A DNA stretch of 63,562 nucleotides, filler included, from 11 parts of 11 records of this genome joined end to end with filler, not necessarily neighbours in it; one strand, 5' to 3'; numbered from the whole stretch's first letter, positions 10,081 through 22,930 are shown. Notes: generated by a model not told the origin, from the sequence alone. Numbers and translations are program-made.

Positions 10081-13000
10081 TGCTGCTGCTGCTGCTGCTG
10101 CTGCTGCACATGTGGGTAGCCCATTGCAGACATCGCTCCGGTGACATGAGAGACCGACCGAGCTGATGCACGCCATGCATGTGCGGGCACCGATGAAGAC
10201 GGAGAGCTACCATACGGGCGCGCGGTCAAACTCGGTCGCGGCGCAACAGGTGGAGGTTGATCATTTGACCCTGGCAGTGGTGGAGTCGTTGGCCTTTGCC
10301 GCGTTGGGGACCGCGCAATGATGGTAGTTGCATATGCCGGACGCTGCCGCATCGTTTGTTCTGCTCGCTGATTCTGTTCCCGCTGCTGACGCTCCTGCTG
10401 GTGGTGCTGTATGTAGCTGCCGGCATGAGCCACCGACTGCACCTGTCCCCAACGTCCTGATGACACCTGTGTGGCCGCTATGACTGGACGTGGAGCCACA
10501 GGTGGGGCAGTGGCAGCAGGCAGCGGACGAGTTGCCATCTGGATTTCTTCCTGCCGTTGTTGTGCACGGGCAGCAACTGCCTGTGTATCATCATGTTCAT
10601 CAATTTCTTTGCGTAGCTGCGCACATTCCTGTAGCAGCTCCTCATTTACTGCTGAGAGTTCTGCAACGTGCGTTGCCTCTGTATCTCGTACTTCTAACGC
10701 AGCTTTGACCTCCTTCAGCTGTGTAGTCGCCCGGGCATACAATCCTTGCCAGTGTGAAACATCTGCAAGTGCCTGCTGAAGTTCTTGAATGGCAGACATT
10801 TCTTCTGCGTGCTGACCGTAGCCAGTACTACTGGTGCCGCCGTGTGGAGAGCTGGAACTACTGTGTCTACCTTTGGTCACCCACATCTCCTCACGCAAAC
10901 GCTTCTCTGACTGCAGCAATCGATGAATCACTTCCTCAGACTGATCCTGAGCATGTGAGCTGGGTGCGATGGAAGACGTTCTGGGGCTCCCGTTCGTCTT
11001 CGCAGAGATCAGTTTGATTTTGCTCTTTTTGCCTCTACGAGAGCGCCGGTCGTTTGAAAGCGACAATTGATCCTGAACACCTTCCGCGGCAACTGCGCCA
11101 CTGCCATCAGGAGAGGTCCGATCTTGTTCCGCTGCATGTGCAGCCGCGGCTACGCCGTGACCACTGCCAGCGACGCGCGTTCTCGCTAGTGCTGCCTTGC
11201 TCTCCTCAACGGTTGCTGTCAGACTGGCCAACTCCGCCCTTAGTGTCGCCTCCCTTGCAGAATACTGCGCTCCCATGCGACGCTCTGTACTCGCTACCGC
11301 TTGCCTGACTGCACGGTGTGCCTCTGCCCTGAGCTGTGCCAGTTGCCGTTCCAGGGGTAAACTCAAACTTCGTGCCACCGCAGCTACATCACCTGTGCCT
11401 TCCTGGAGCTCCCTCAGAGTGATGCTCGCCGGCAGCCCCAGCTTAGACAGCTTTCGCTCAACCAAACGCCGCAGCTGTTCGTTCTGCTGTTGCTCCTGGT
11501 GTAGCTCACTGCGAAGCCGCCGCTGCTCAACCACGCCGGTCCACTCTTGAAGGCGCGCCTGCTGGAGCGCTACTTCCAGTGATCGTCGTTCTGCGATGCT
11601 GAACTTCAGTCGAGAATACAGCTCTTCGAACTCCTCCACTGCAACGTGCGTAGTGTTTGGTTGCACAGGGTACAGCAAACCATCAGCGCCAGCTTCACGC
11701 TGACTCTGCGCGAAGACTTCCGTCGCCGTGTGCTGAGCCATGCGCACCTCGTGCGTGGTCATTCCGCGGCTGGCCAGAACCGTCGCGCTTCCGTGGCCGC
11801 CTGTCCCTTGCTCGATCGATGGTGCACGAATCAAGTACAGTAGCCGCTGCTCAAGCTGCTCGCGACTGGTTAGATCGACCTGATCACCAAACGGGACACA
11901 AGCCTGTAGAAGGGCCATGACTGTGCCCGCATCGCTAGACTCACGAGCTGCCACCACCTGATCATTGATCTGATCCTGAAGCCAACGCTTCCGCTGAAAC
12001 AATTGTTCCCACATTTGCGCGGCCTGCCCATCTTCGAAACCTTCAAATTCGATCAAGGCCGTACATATATCTGGGTACGACGCCGAGCTGAGCAGACTAT
12101 GCATCCGGAGTGCTGCCTGGTCGTTGAGATCTGTGCAACGCTGACCTATTGCTGCAATCTCGTCTCCAATCAGCTCCATACCGAATATGGTGCAAAGGTG
12201 TTGGGCGTGGGCGCGGATTGCCTGCGGATCATCCCACTGCACTGCCTCTTGCAGCTCTCGCTTGGCAGCAGCAATCATGTGCCCTCGCATTTCCTGCAAT
12301 CGCGGGAGTGCGCGCGATATGTATGGGTCCGTGCTCTCCGCGTGTTTTTTCAGACAGCTGTCAACGAGCCCAAAGTTGCCGCTGACACCTTCGCCGCCAC
12401 TGTGCAGAGCTGCATCCACCTCGGCAACTGGTGAGCTTGTCCCAGGCTCCGACGCAAAATCAACGGACCGAAAAGCACCCAGCAATCCAGAGGCTCCGCC
12501 TTTCTTCTTCGCGTCCTTCTTGCGTTGCTTCTCCAACCTCTGCTCTTCCTTTTTCTTAGCCTTCAACAACTTCTTCTCTTGCTTTTTTCTGTCCTTTAAC
12601 GTTTGCTTGATCTCGCTGGCGGCCTTGCTTCCGCCTGGCCCGTCTCCCACCTGTGCAAACCAGACGTAAAATTCGTGGAAGTTTACCTCTCCACTTCCAT
12701 CTGCATCCATTGTATCCATCATCTTTGCTAGCTCGGTATCGTCCACTGGTCGTCCCAGGCTTTCTGATAGCTGCCGAACTTCATGGCGGTCCAGCGAGCC
12801 ACTCTTATCCACATCTACAGCATCAAAGGCTTCCTGCACATCAGCTCGCGTGATCTCACCCATCGCCTGCAGTGTTGCTTTCATCTCACCAGCATTGCTA
12901 CTGGCTCCACCACTCCGTACACCATCAGCCTTCATCCACCACGCATAAAACTTTGGGAAGTCGATTTCGGATCCATTCGAACCTCCCATCTCGTCCATCA

Positions 13001-14855
13001 TTTGCGTGAGTTCCTGTTCGCTAATGTTCCGCCCCAAAATTTGCGTCAGTGTACGCACTTCTGTTCGGTCGAGATGTCCGCTCTGGTCAGCGTCTACAGA
13101 CTCGAACGCCCGGCGCACCATAGCCTGCTCCTCTGTTTCTGCTGACACCGGCTCCATAGTTTCGTCTCGCTGTGACAATGCAAACTCAGGTTCAGGCTCC
13201 GGCGCAGGCTCAATCAACTGGGCGCCTGAATGGTGTTTTGTCTCCATTAAAGCTCTCGCTTTTTCTTGAGCTTCCGCGGCTTCGAGTTCCGCTTTACGCC
13301 TGGCTTCAGCTTCCTGAGCTACCAGGTTAGCCAAAGCCTCCGCTGCTTCCTGTTGCTTCTTAGCTTCCACCTGCTTCGCATCCTCGGCTTCCCTCCTCTC
13401 CCGCTGGGCAACTGCCTGCGCTTCATCTGCCTCTGCACGCTCTCGCTCAGCAGCTGTTTGTGCCGCTTCAGCCTCTGCTCTTTCTCGGGCAAGGTCTGCC
13501 TCTGCTTGAGCAATTTCATCGGCGTTTCCGCTAGCTGTTTTCTCTGTAAGCATCCGCTCAGCTTCGACCACATCTTGCCTTTCCTTGTTTGCAGCAGCCT
13601 CAGCTGCTACAGCCTCCGCCTCCTCGACTGCTGCGACTTCCTCTGCTGCTGCAGCCTCAGCTTCCTCCTTAGCAGTAGCTGCAGCCGCGGCAGCAGCTTC
13701 TTCAGACTCCTTCTGTGCGACGGCCAAAGCTTCTGCTGTGGCTTCTTCAGATGCTAATCGTTCCGCCTCCGCCTTCTCAGCAACAATGCGCGCCTCCTCC
13801 TCCTCCTCCTTGGCCGCCTGTGCGCGTGCTTGCTCTGCTGTGGCTGCCGCAGCCGCTTCAGCTACTGTTTCCTCCTCGTCCCCCTTTGCCTCGGCAGCTG
13901 GTGCTGCAAGCTCTCCTTCTTCACCCTCATCTGGTTCTTTCTCTTCTGATGCTGTTGATTCTTCTTCTGCCCTCACGGCTCCGGATGCCTCATCCTCCGC
14001 CGCAGCTCCGGCTGCGTCTCGATCGGCCTCGGCCTTAAGCGTAGCTGCCTCTTTGTCCTTAGCTATTTGTTTCTTCTTCCCTCTGCTCGATGTTGAATTG
14101 GACTTGTCTGCCTGCAGCTCACTTTCACCAGGTGGACTAGGGTCATCTTCTGCTGGTGGCGCATCTGGCTTCTTCTTCTTCTTCTTGGTCTTCTTTGCGC
14201 CTTTCTTTTCCGGAGACACTTTCGGTTGATCTTCACCGTTCGCTGCCTTCTTCCCCTTCTTTTCCTTCTTCTCTTTGGACTTTTTGCTCCCCTTTTCTCG
14301 CGTGCTCTTCTTGCCATCCGCAGCTGGTGGCGGCTCTGGCTCCGGTTCAGGCTGCGGCGCAGGCCCGGGACCGGTATCAGGCTCGGTATCAGGCTCGGGC
14401 TCGGACTTCGACGCGGACTTCGATTTGGACTTGGGCTTCGTTTCTGGGACCTCTTCTTCGTCCTGCTGGGCTTCCTTCTGGGCCTTCTTCCACTTCAGCT
14501 GCTCGAGTTTGGACATTCCCGGTGGAGGCTCAGGATCGGCTGCCGCAGACGTGCTCGATTTGGCGGGCTTGTCATTTTTGGGCTTTCGCTTGGGCTTCGC
14601 CGGTCCATCTTCCGAATCGCCATGTTCCTTTAATGGCCGCGCTTTCGCTTTTGCCTGCCTCTCAGCCTTTTTTTTCGCCTTCTGCCGCTCTAGTGCAGTC
14701 CCCGATCCGTCATTCGACGAGCTCGCCTTCGCCGTCGCCTTGACCTTGGCCTTTGTCCCTCCGCCTTCACTGCCACCAACACCCGCCTTCGCTCGCTGCG
14801 CCTTCTTCCACTTGAGCTCCTCCAGCTTTGACAGCCCCGGTGGCGGTTCTTCCAT
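10081..14855 (-). CDS. Large coiled-coil, low-complexity protein with two EF-hand pairs, 3'-partial
   Basis: ~1590-aa ORF. K/E/A-rich N-terminus, EF-hand loops DADQSGHLDRTE, DVDKSGSLDRHE and DADGSGEVNFHE plus one degenerate loop, coiled coils, and a Pro-rich tail. It ends in polyQ (CAG repeat) at the contig break. Confidence 0.8.
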
Positions 14856-15047
14856 CGAAGGATGCTCCTCAAGGGCCGAAAGCAGCAGATGGCGACGCCC
14901 TGGTCAGCGGTGACAGCAGATTGGCCATCTGCCCTCGAGACTGGTCTATGCCACAAGGCCGACCCGGCCGACGGAAGAGGCTTGGCCGACAGCAGCAGCA
15001 CAACTACGATGCTCGCCTGGTCGCTTGCTCACTATCCCTCCGGATGT

Positions 15048-15299
15048 GACAGTCACAGTGACCCCACAGCTGGTCAGCACAGACGGACGATTCGACAGTA
15101 GAGCGAATCAGCTCCTGCAGGCTGCCAGTTGAGTTGCACGCCGCCGAGGCAACGCCGCCGTCAACCGCCACGGCGTGTGTCGTACTGCGAGCGAATGGGC
15201 GTCACAACACCCCCTCGATCGACGGCATGCACAGTATGCGACGGATCGAGGTGCCACTGCCAGTGATGGACAGCGACAGTGATCCCACAGGTGGTCAGC
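15048..15299 (+). repeat. Two-copy 31-bp direct repeat (15048-15078 and 15269-15299)
   Basis: gacagtcacagtgaccccacagctggtcagc vs gacagcgacagtgatcccacaggtggtcagc, 27/31 identical. The second copy ends exactly at the contig end. Confidence 0.7.
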
Positions 15300-15485
15300 N
15301 NNNNNNNNNNNNNNNNNNNNNNNNNNNNNNNNNNNNNNNNNNNTTAATTAATTAANNNNNNNNNNNNNNNNNNNNNNNNNNNNNNNNNNNNNNNNNNNNC
15401 CCCCCCCGGCCGCCGCTTCAGAGCCCTTGCCGTTGAGACGCAGCAGCCCCGCTCAGGACTTTCGTTGCGGTGGAATGGCGCGCAG

Positions 15486-16760
15486 GCAACATGCTCAAGA
15501 CGCTGGATACCCGGTTAGCAAAGGTGCGTCACGCTTTCCTGTGCGCAGCGCTTGGCGTCACGCACTGTCCTGGTCGCGCTGCAGAGTTGTTGAGGCGCGC
15601 CGCCACGCGCGACATTCATTGCTGACACCTCCATACTGGTGCCCCGCCTCGCAGCTGTGCGACCTCACGGTCCTGAACGTGAGCTTGAACGGCCTGGAAG
15701 ACATCCCTGCGGAGCTCGGCAGCATGTCCAAGCTGGAGTCGCTCAACATGAACGACAACCGCATGAAGACCGTGCCCGACGTGGTGCGTTTCGCTGCGAC
15801 CCTGTGCAGCCCACGCTGAACGCGCCCTGCACTATCCCACCTAGTCGCCTCCGCCGCTCGCCCCCCTACCCCCGACCACTCGTTCGCTCGTGAGGCCCAC
15901 CGCTCTGAGTCTGCGTGCGCGGTGGATGTCTGCCGTGGATGCAGGTGTGCACATTCGCGGGTCTCAAGGTCTTGGACATGTCGAACAACAACGTCGTGTC
16001 ACTGCCAGACGGCATCCTTGACCTTTCAAGCCTAGAGGAGCTGAATCTTGCCGGCAACAAGTTGAAGGATCTCCCCAAGGTACGACAGTTGGAACGGAAC
16101 CAAGTCGCAGCGTTCGGAAGGACAGCGCCTCTGTCCCGCCAGTCACTCGCCCTGCTCCCCGCGCCTCTTCTGCGCCGAATATTTTGTTTGGGCCCCAGCA
16201 GTGTAGGACTGACTGAGATGGGACCGGTTGCGGTTGCGCACGCGGACTAGGCGGGCGGCAAAACTGTCGCAGATCTATCTTCCCTGACCCTCCTCAACTT
16301 GGGCCGGAACAAATTCAAGCGGCTCACCTCAGAGATCTCCAAATGTGACAACCTGACCGAGCTTGATGTAAGCGAAAACCGCTTTACTACCTGGCCGAAG
16401 GCGATCAACAACATGAAGAACCTAAAGGCCCTCTTCCTCACAGCAAACAGCGTGACTGACCTGAGCGACATGGCCAACATTGGTGCTGGCTGCCTGACAT
16501 CTCTGTCAGAGTTGTCGATGGATATGAATCAGATTGGGGAGGTACCAGATGACATCAGCAAGCTCACGGGCTTGGAGGAGCTCTCGCTCTCTGACAACGA
16601 TACGCTCGCGACCCTACCAACGGGCCTCATGGCATGCACGGAGCTGACCATGCTGGAGATTGACGGGACAGAAATTAGCCCGACAGATTTGCCAGGGGAT
16701 CTGCTGGAATTCCTGAAGGAAAGGGATCTGGTAGACTTGTCTGATGGCGGCTCTGACTGA
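15486..16760 (+). CDS. Leucine-rich repeat protein, multi-exon, probably 5'-partial
   Basis: Exons at about 15486-15523, 15655-15783, 15945-16079 and 16251-16760, each with LxxLxLxxNxL repeats (LTVLNVSLNGL, LESLNMNDNRM, LEELNLAGNKL, LTELDVSENRF, LEELSLSDN). Confidence 0.88.
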
Positions 16761-17115
16761 TCCGCCTAGCTCGGTAGACCAACCCGAGATCGGACCAGGT
16801 CACTGCGTGCGTGGCAGCACACGTCCATGCAGTCTTTGCTGCGGGACGGGGGTATTGGCAGAGTGACAGGCAGGATCGTCGTGCGATCTAATGCATGCGC
16901 ATCGTTAACCAACGAGTGGTTTACAACGGGTTTGCATGGTATTTCCCCACTACTGGCTGCCGCCTGCTGCCCCGCTGTTTACATGCCTGCTGCCCACGTG
17001 CCCGCTGCCCACGTCCCTGTGTCGACGTGCAGTATAGAGCGCGCAAATTCAGTTCATCAGTTGAGCACGAGGAGCAAGCTGTTGTTGCTCTTGCGCGTGC
17101 CTCCATTTCATCACA

Positions 17116-18004
17116 TCAGAAGAACTTAACGCCAGGTGTCTCATCATCATCATACAGCGCTGCCTTTTGTGGTTCTCTTTCCTCAAGGATGAGGAGCGCA
17201 TCGTTGAGCAGGCCTTCGTCCATCTCGAACATTTCTGGTGCGCAGCATGCCACAGTACTCAACGCATCTCAACATGAAGAATGCTGACTCAACTTGCGGG
17301 ATCAGAAAGCTGCGTGAGATCAGGCACGCAGGCAAGGGTTGAGCAAGAGGCGCACCTGTATCAGCAGAAAACTCTCCATGTAAGACATCAAAGATCGTGA
17401 AAACCTGATCCTGGAATCCACAGTCCACTACTCGCTGGGCTATCATGTCTGCCCACTCTTCCGGCTTCCGCCAGTACACTTTGCATCGTTCCTTGCTTCC
17501 ATCCTCCCACTTGCCATAGCCTGCAACGCCATCCCGGCAAACCGCCACCATCACACAGCGCTCACCCTGCTGAGAGGGGGGAATGGTTGCGGTGGCGAAG
17601 GCTTTTGGGCATGATACCTTCGAGCACAAGCCTCTCCAGAACTCTGACAATCGAAGCTGTCGGCAGTGCTCGACCTATCGCGGCATTGGTGAACAGCTCA
17701 CTCGTAGACGCATCGTTGACACTGAGCACGAAGATGCGCTTGGCTTTGCAGTAGTCGCGAATCAACTGGCTCCACACTGCATACTGCTTCTGCCAGCTGG
17801 CATCGTGGGTTTGCAGGCTGCGAGCATCGAGGGATGGATTCCAGTGAGTTCATGAGGCAGTACACACATTTGGACCGCAGCAGCCGGTTCCGCGGCATAA
17901 TGGAGCTGATACGAACCGCGCTGAACGCACGTGAAGAAGGGAGGCCAGCTATACATTTGCGGGAATTCAAACCCGCCGCCCACTGCTGCCCCTGCCGCCG
18001 CCAT
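17116..18004 (-). CDS. VPS25: ESCRT-II subunit Vps25
   Basis: Spliced model with N-terminal FEFPQMYSWPPFFT|LQP, WSQLIRDYC, LFTNAAIGRAL, VYWRKPEEWADMI and C-terminal GVKFF*. These are diagnostic Vps25 motifs. Confidence 0.93.
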
Positions 18005-18581
18005 TGTCCGCCCCCGGGGACACAGCGTCTCGCCAGGCAGGCGCCCAGCACGGTTTCCTCGCTGCAGCACACACCCCGCGCGCTCCCGCTGGAAAGCTTA
18101 CAGAGACAGTCCCCGCCGCTCGGCGATTCGCCCCGCTCGTCAGACAGTGCCCTCCCCCCCACCTGCCCCCCTAGTAGCGCCGCGACTGCCCGGCGGGCGC
18201 CACTGCAGCCCCCCAGGGACCTCGCAGGGACCACGCAGTTCGCCGTTCGTCAGTGCCACAGCAGCCTGCAGCCAGGTCGTCGCCGCCCTGAGGTCACGCT
18301 CAGTCGACTCCTCGAGACGATGCATCGAATGCAGGCATTTGGCAATCGCAATGCCATGCGCAGGTCCCCTACACGGGTGTACACCGCTACACGGTAGGTT
18401 TCAACCGGATTCAAGCTGGAGTTCGTCCTCCAACAGGGGCACTTGGATCGAATGCCCCAATTTGCCGAGACTTCCGGGGTCGACATGCATCGCCGGTACG
18501 ATCCCCAGAACAAAATTTTGCATGGCCGGCCGCGCGGCGTGCGCGCGCGCGCGCGCGTGTGTGGCGCGGCCCAGGGCGGGG

Positions 18582-18719
18582 CAAAAAATTGAAATCCGAA
18601 AATCCGCTCACTCGCTCGCTCACTCACTCACTGCTGGATTGCCAAGGATTGGCGACTGGGACAGGTGACTACTAGATCTAGTAGGAATCCTACTGGGATT
18701 TTCGGATTTCAATTTTTTG
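18582..18719. repeat. Perfect 24-bp inverted repeat flanking a palindrome-containing spacer in a divergent promoter region
   Basis: caaaaaattgaaatccgaaaatcc (18582-18605) and its exact reverse complement (18696-18719). The spacer includes the palindrome ctactagatctagtag (18669-18684). Confidence 0.9.
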
Positions 18720-18849
18720 TTGACGTGTCCCGCGCCGCGCCCAGGCGGCGCCCTCCGTCCCGTCACGCACGTAACCGGCGTTTGTACCCCCGGACTGCAA
18801 CTGGCGGCCCTTCGCACGTACTACGAACACAGCAACACACGCACGGCCT

Positions 18850-19037
18850 ATGGGTAGCAATGGTGTGCTCTCGATGCTCTCCGGCGGCAGCATGGAATTG
18901 GGCGACTGGAGCAGCGAGCGCTGCGACGAGCTTTGCGCTGCCGTGCGCGGAGCGCCGGCGGCGAGCCGGAGTGCTATGGACTTTGAGGGGCGCAACTCGG
19001 ACGGACACACGGCGTTCTTGCTTGCCTGCCGCATAGG
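18850..19037 (+). CDS. Ankyrin-repeat protein, 3'-partial
   Basis: LCAAVRG...DFEGRNSDGHTAFLLACRIG matches the ankyrin consensus. Truncated by the spacer. Confidence 0.65.
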
Positions 19038-19263
19038 NNNNNNNNNNNNNNNNNNNNNNNNNNNNNNNNNNNNNNNNNNNNTTAATTAATTAANNNNNNN
19101 NNNNNNNNNNNNNNNNNNNNNNNNNNNNNNNNNNNNNCTTTTGTCTAATCTGGGGCCTCGACTCGGGCGTGGCACTCTGTACATATGTGGATGTGCGCGC
19201 GCGGCGGCGCGCGCGACGAAAATTCGCGTTGCGTATATGCGCACGCCGCGGTGCAGTGGGTCG

Positions 19264-22200
19264 ATGGCGCTCGTGATGCTGGGCGAAACAGTGATGATCA
19301 TCGGGATGCTACTGCCCATGCTCATGTCGCTGTCGCCGCGGTGCAGCCAGCGCTATACCACACTCACGGATCCGTGGCGCGCCACCACTCACGATTCCAC
19401 AGGGCCGTCGGGATCCTACTCTGGCGACGTGGCGAACACGTCCTCGTCAACATGTGGCGCCGCGCCGTTGCGCGCGACGAATGTTGGGAATGGCGAGTGG
19501 TATCGTTTTGCGGGCAGCGGCGGAGATGCGCTGCCGCTGCGCTCGCCTAAGTGTTTGCACTGTGGCACCGACCGCGTCGGTTGGCTGTCGGGCTGGGAAG
19601 TGTCCAAAGGCACACCGCCTGCGGACTACGCCAAGCCGGGCAGCTACCCTTTGCCTGGTGCTGGCGATGTCAACGCAACCGTATGCTTCGACTATTGCGA
19701 CCAAAGCTATGCTGGCTCGTGCCGCAGTCACGTAACCGTCGGCGTGGTCAACTGCGGTAGCTACTACTTGTGGCGGCTTCCGTTTGCACCTGACTGCGCC
19801 TGTGCGTACTGCACCGCGCCGAGCTCTAGCCCAGCACCGCCAGCACCGCCACCTGCGTCTTGGAGTGGCCCTGAGCTGAAGCTTAGCCACCCCGGTGGCT
19901 TTCCCGCGCTGCAGCTGTCTAGTCACCATGGAGCAGCCACCTTCCCACCGTTCTGGCTTAATCTCAACAACCAGGGCTATCCTAACGTTTCCGCGATTGC
20001 GGTCCAGATCACCCGCGCGCGTGTTGCTCGGTTGCCGCTGCTGGCGCTGGTGCTAGATGATGCGCTGGCTGGGCCCATGAAAGGGGATTTCTCTGTAGCG
20101 ACGCATGCCATCTTCAATTTGATTGAAGCACACCATCCAACTGCGAAAGTGCTCGTGCGCTGGTATCTCACATCACCGTGGGAGAGCACACTCAACGCGA
20201 GTGGAAACATGGTGCTGCAGAATATTTCCAACCCAACACAGACCCAAATGATTGGTGTCAGCTCACCGACAAGCAAATGGGCACAGGCTACGGCGACGAA
20301 CTTATCGGTTGCACTTTCAAACTTAGACGCAGCATTTCCAGGTACGCTCTGGCAACGCATTTCCGGCCACCACTATTATTCTACTATACACTGCAACCCA
20401 GTAAGTTGTCGCGGACGTGAGTGCGGCTACGTGTGTAGGAAGAATAGCAGGCGTACTGATTGAGGGGCTTGATGGAGGAGAGTGGTTTACACAACCTACT
20501 ACCCCGGACGCGATGACGATTGGTGAGTAGATGCTTTTCAGTGCCGAGCGGAAAGATAGCCAGTAGTCTGACGAACAATCTTCGATCTCTAGCCATCGAC
20601 AGATATCAACTTGTGCAGAACGAATTGACGTGCGGTGGTCTAAACATGCATACATAGCGGACTACTCCTCTGAAATGGAGCAGGAGTTCTGTGCCTCCGA
20701 AGCTGGCACGCAGAAGTCGCCCCAATGCAGTGCCCCAACAGCAGCTGAGCGAGACAACCCTTCCCTGGGCAACGCGTTGCTGCAGTGGTCTACGCTATCC
20801 GATCCATCGGCACGTTCGTTTCGGTACAACCAGTTTATCAGTCTACGCATTGCCACAGCAATATCAGGATTTGCAGCGGTAATTAAGAACGTCACAGCCA
20901 ACAAGGTTTTCACAATGGCATTCAACGGATATCTGTTCGACCTGTCTGACAGTCGACTGACGTACTCTGGCCATCTGGCATTGTCACAACTGCTCGCGTG
21001 TCCGCATCTGGACGCCATCGCGTCTCCATATCGTGCGTAATTCCACTCTGTACGCAGCTGTGATGTAGACCGCGACTCACGTATAGCCTACGACAATTTA
21101 GTTGATAGATCAATCAAATATTCAATCAACTGGTCTGTGATAAGCATTGAGCCTCATCGTTATGGCGATGCCGTTGCGATGTGCTGGTTGTCGACTCTGA
21201 CTGCTGTTGCATGCCCAGAGTACGCGACTGCACCTCGGAAGCCTGCTGGGCGGTTCACCTCGCACGGGCCCGTGGACTCCGCGACGCTTCATCAGAAGGT
21301 TTGGGTAAGCGAAGATGACTCCCGTACTGTATTAGCTTCGAAGGGCTCCTGGGACCAGCACGTCAACACAACAGTGGGTACAGTCAATCTGCTGCGCCGG
21401 AATATGTACAGCGCCATGCTCCATCGGCAGGCACTTTATTGGCTTGACCTAGCATCAAAAGGATGGTGGGGAAGGGGGGACAACGCGACCATGATTGCAG
21501 CCACTGATGCAATTTGGGGCAACGCAAGCCACGTATTGAGACAATGGCAAACGCTGCTGTCATCCAGCGCGATGCAAGCGCAGCTACTTCCGAGAGCCGA
21601 GGTAGCGATATTTGTCGACGAAGTTTCCGCGGCGGCGAGGCCAGGTGAACAGTCTCGAAGCGAAACACTGATTCACTTCCGTATTTTCAGTTTTAAATGT
21701 ATCTGATATGTTGCGTGCTACTCGTTGCGCAGTGCTCGGCCGGGGTGGCAATATTCCAGCAGGATTCCAATTCGAGACAGCGCTGCAGATGCATGCATGG
21801 CAAGACCTCGCGGGCATTGGCGCACCCGTCCGAGTCTTTCTGCTCTCTGACCTGCTCCACAAAGACTTTCCAATAGCGGACATTCGGCTCGCAGTGTTTT
21901 TGAATGCATTCATGCTCAGCGATGAGCTGCGCCGGGCAGTCAAGACAAAAGTCCAGACAGACGGCAGAACGGTTGCGTGGATCTTTGCTCCTGGCTTGCT
22001 TGATGCCGATGCGTGTACTGATGGTCCTTGCACTCCGAACGCATCGATGGCGAGCGAGTTGGTGGGACTTCCCCTAGCGATGCATGTTGCGGAAGCACCG
22101 ATGGAGACAAAATTCGTTTCTCAAACGACCAGCAGCGCCCCCGCAATCACACCACCGCTTGCTGGCTCGTCTTACGGCCACGCACTTGGAACAGTCGCGC

Positions 22201-22870
22201 CGCGGCTGTCGTGTGTGGACGAGAACAGCAGCAGTGATGAGCCCTTGGTGGTACTTGGACGGTATACTCAGGGCAGCAACGATACTAATATCTCGAAGGT
22301 GGCGATCTGTTGCAGGTCGAGTGCAAGTACAGCTAGTAACTACAAGGCAGTTTTCATTGGCGCACCTCGACCGCCCTTGTTGTTCTGGCGTTCGTTGGCG
22401 AAAAGTGCAGGCGTTTTCCTCTACACGGACGGAACCAGCACCGATGACGTGGCCACTAACCGCTACGCAGATACCGTTGAAGTGTGCGTAGGCTCACGAC
22501 TAAAACAATACAGAGTGGCATTTGACTGCATTTGTTGCTTGTCTTCACAATACTCGCTAATGATTGACTCCTTGTCCGATCTTTCGGGCAATATTCATTA
22601 GTCAACTGCTGGTGCAATATTTTCGCTGACAATGAAGCTTGATGCGTGCATCGGCACCACGATCGTAGAGGGGGCAGCGGTTTGCTCTTCCACGCAGGAG
22701 CAGGGTCTCAGGATGGCTCCGAGCGGCTGGTTCAGCTGCCTCATAAGCTGCGGGTGCGTTCAGAATGGGGCGAAGACGTGTGTAAAGAAGCTTGCACCTC
22801 GTTCCGGACGGGCGTCCTTCGCGATGGCGAGAGTACTTTGTACTGGGTGTCAGCAGATGGAGCTGCTTGA
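19264..22870 (+). CDS. Secreted D8C (uromodulin/GP2-like) domain + GH42/beta-galactosidase-like glycoside hydrolase, multi-exon
   Basis: Hydrophobic N-terminus. Cys-rich WYRFAGSGG..CGT..GWLSG..VCF..C..VVNCGSYYLWRL..C..YC domain and a Pro linker. TIM-barrel-type motifs follow across GT-AG exons (GGEWF..DYS, GHLALSQLLACPHLDAIASPY, SATLHQKVWVSEDDSRT, YWLDL..GWW), then a trimerisation-domain-like region (AEVAIFVDE, LAGIGAPVRVFLLSDL). Confidence 0.8.
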
Positions 22871-22930
22871 AGGCTGGGGGGCGTGACGCTGGGCATGAAA
22901 TCTAAGAGTTCATTGTGTTGGTACCGTTTT

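Noticed and set aside
10081-10106. CAG/CTG tracts at contig ends (also ~41237-41256 and 63539-63562)
   Set aside because: Ordinary microsatellites or polyQ where the assembly broke. They are not telomeric repeats.
13266-14913. Long plus-strand ORFs rich in S, A and F
   Set aside because: They are antisense shadows of the low-complexity K/E/A-rich minus-strand gene.
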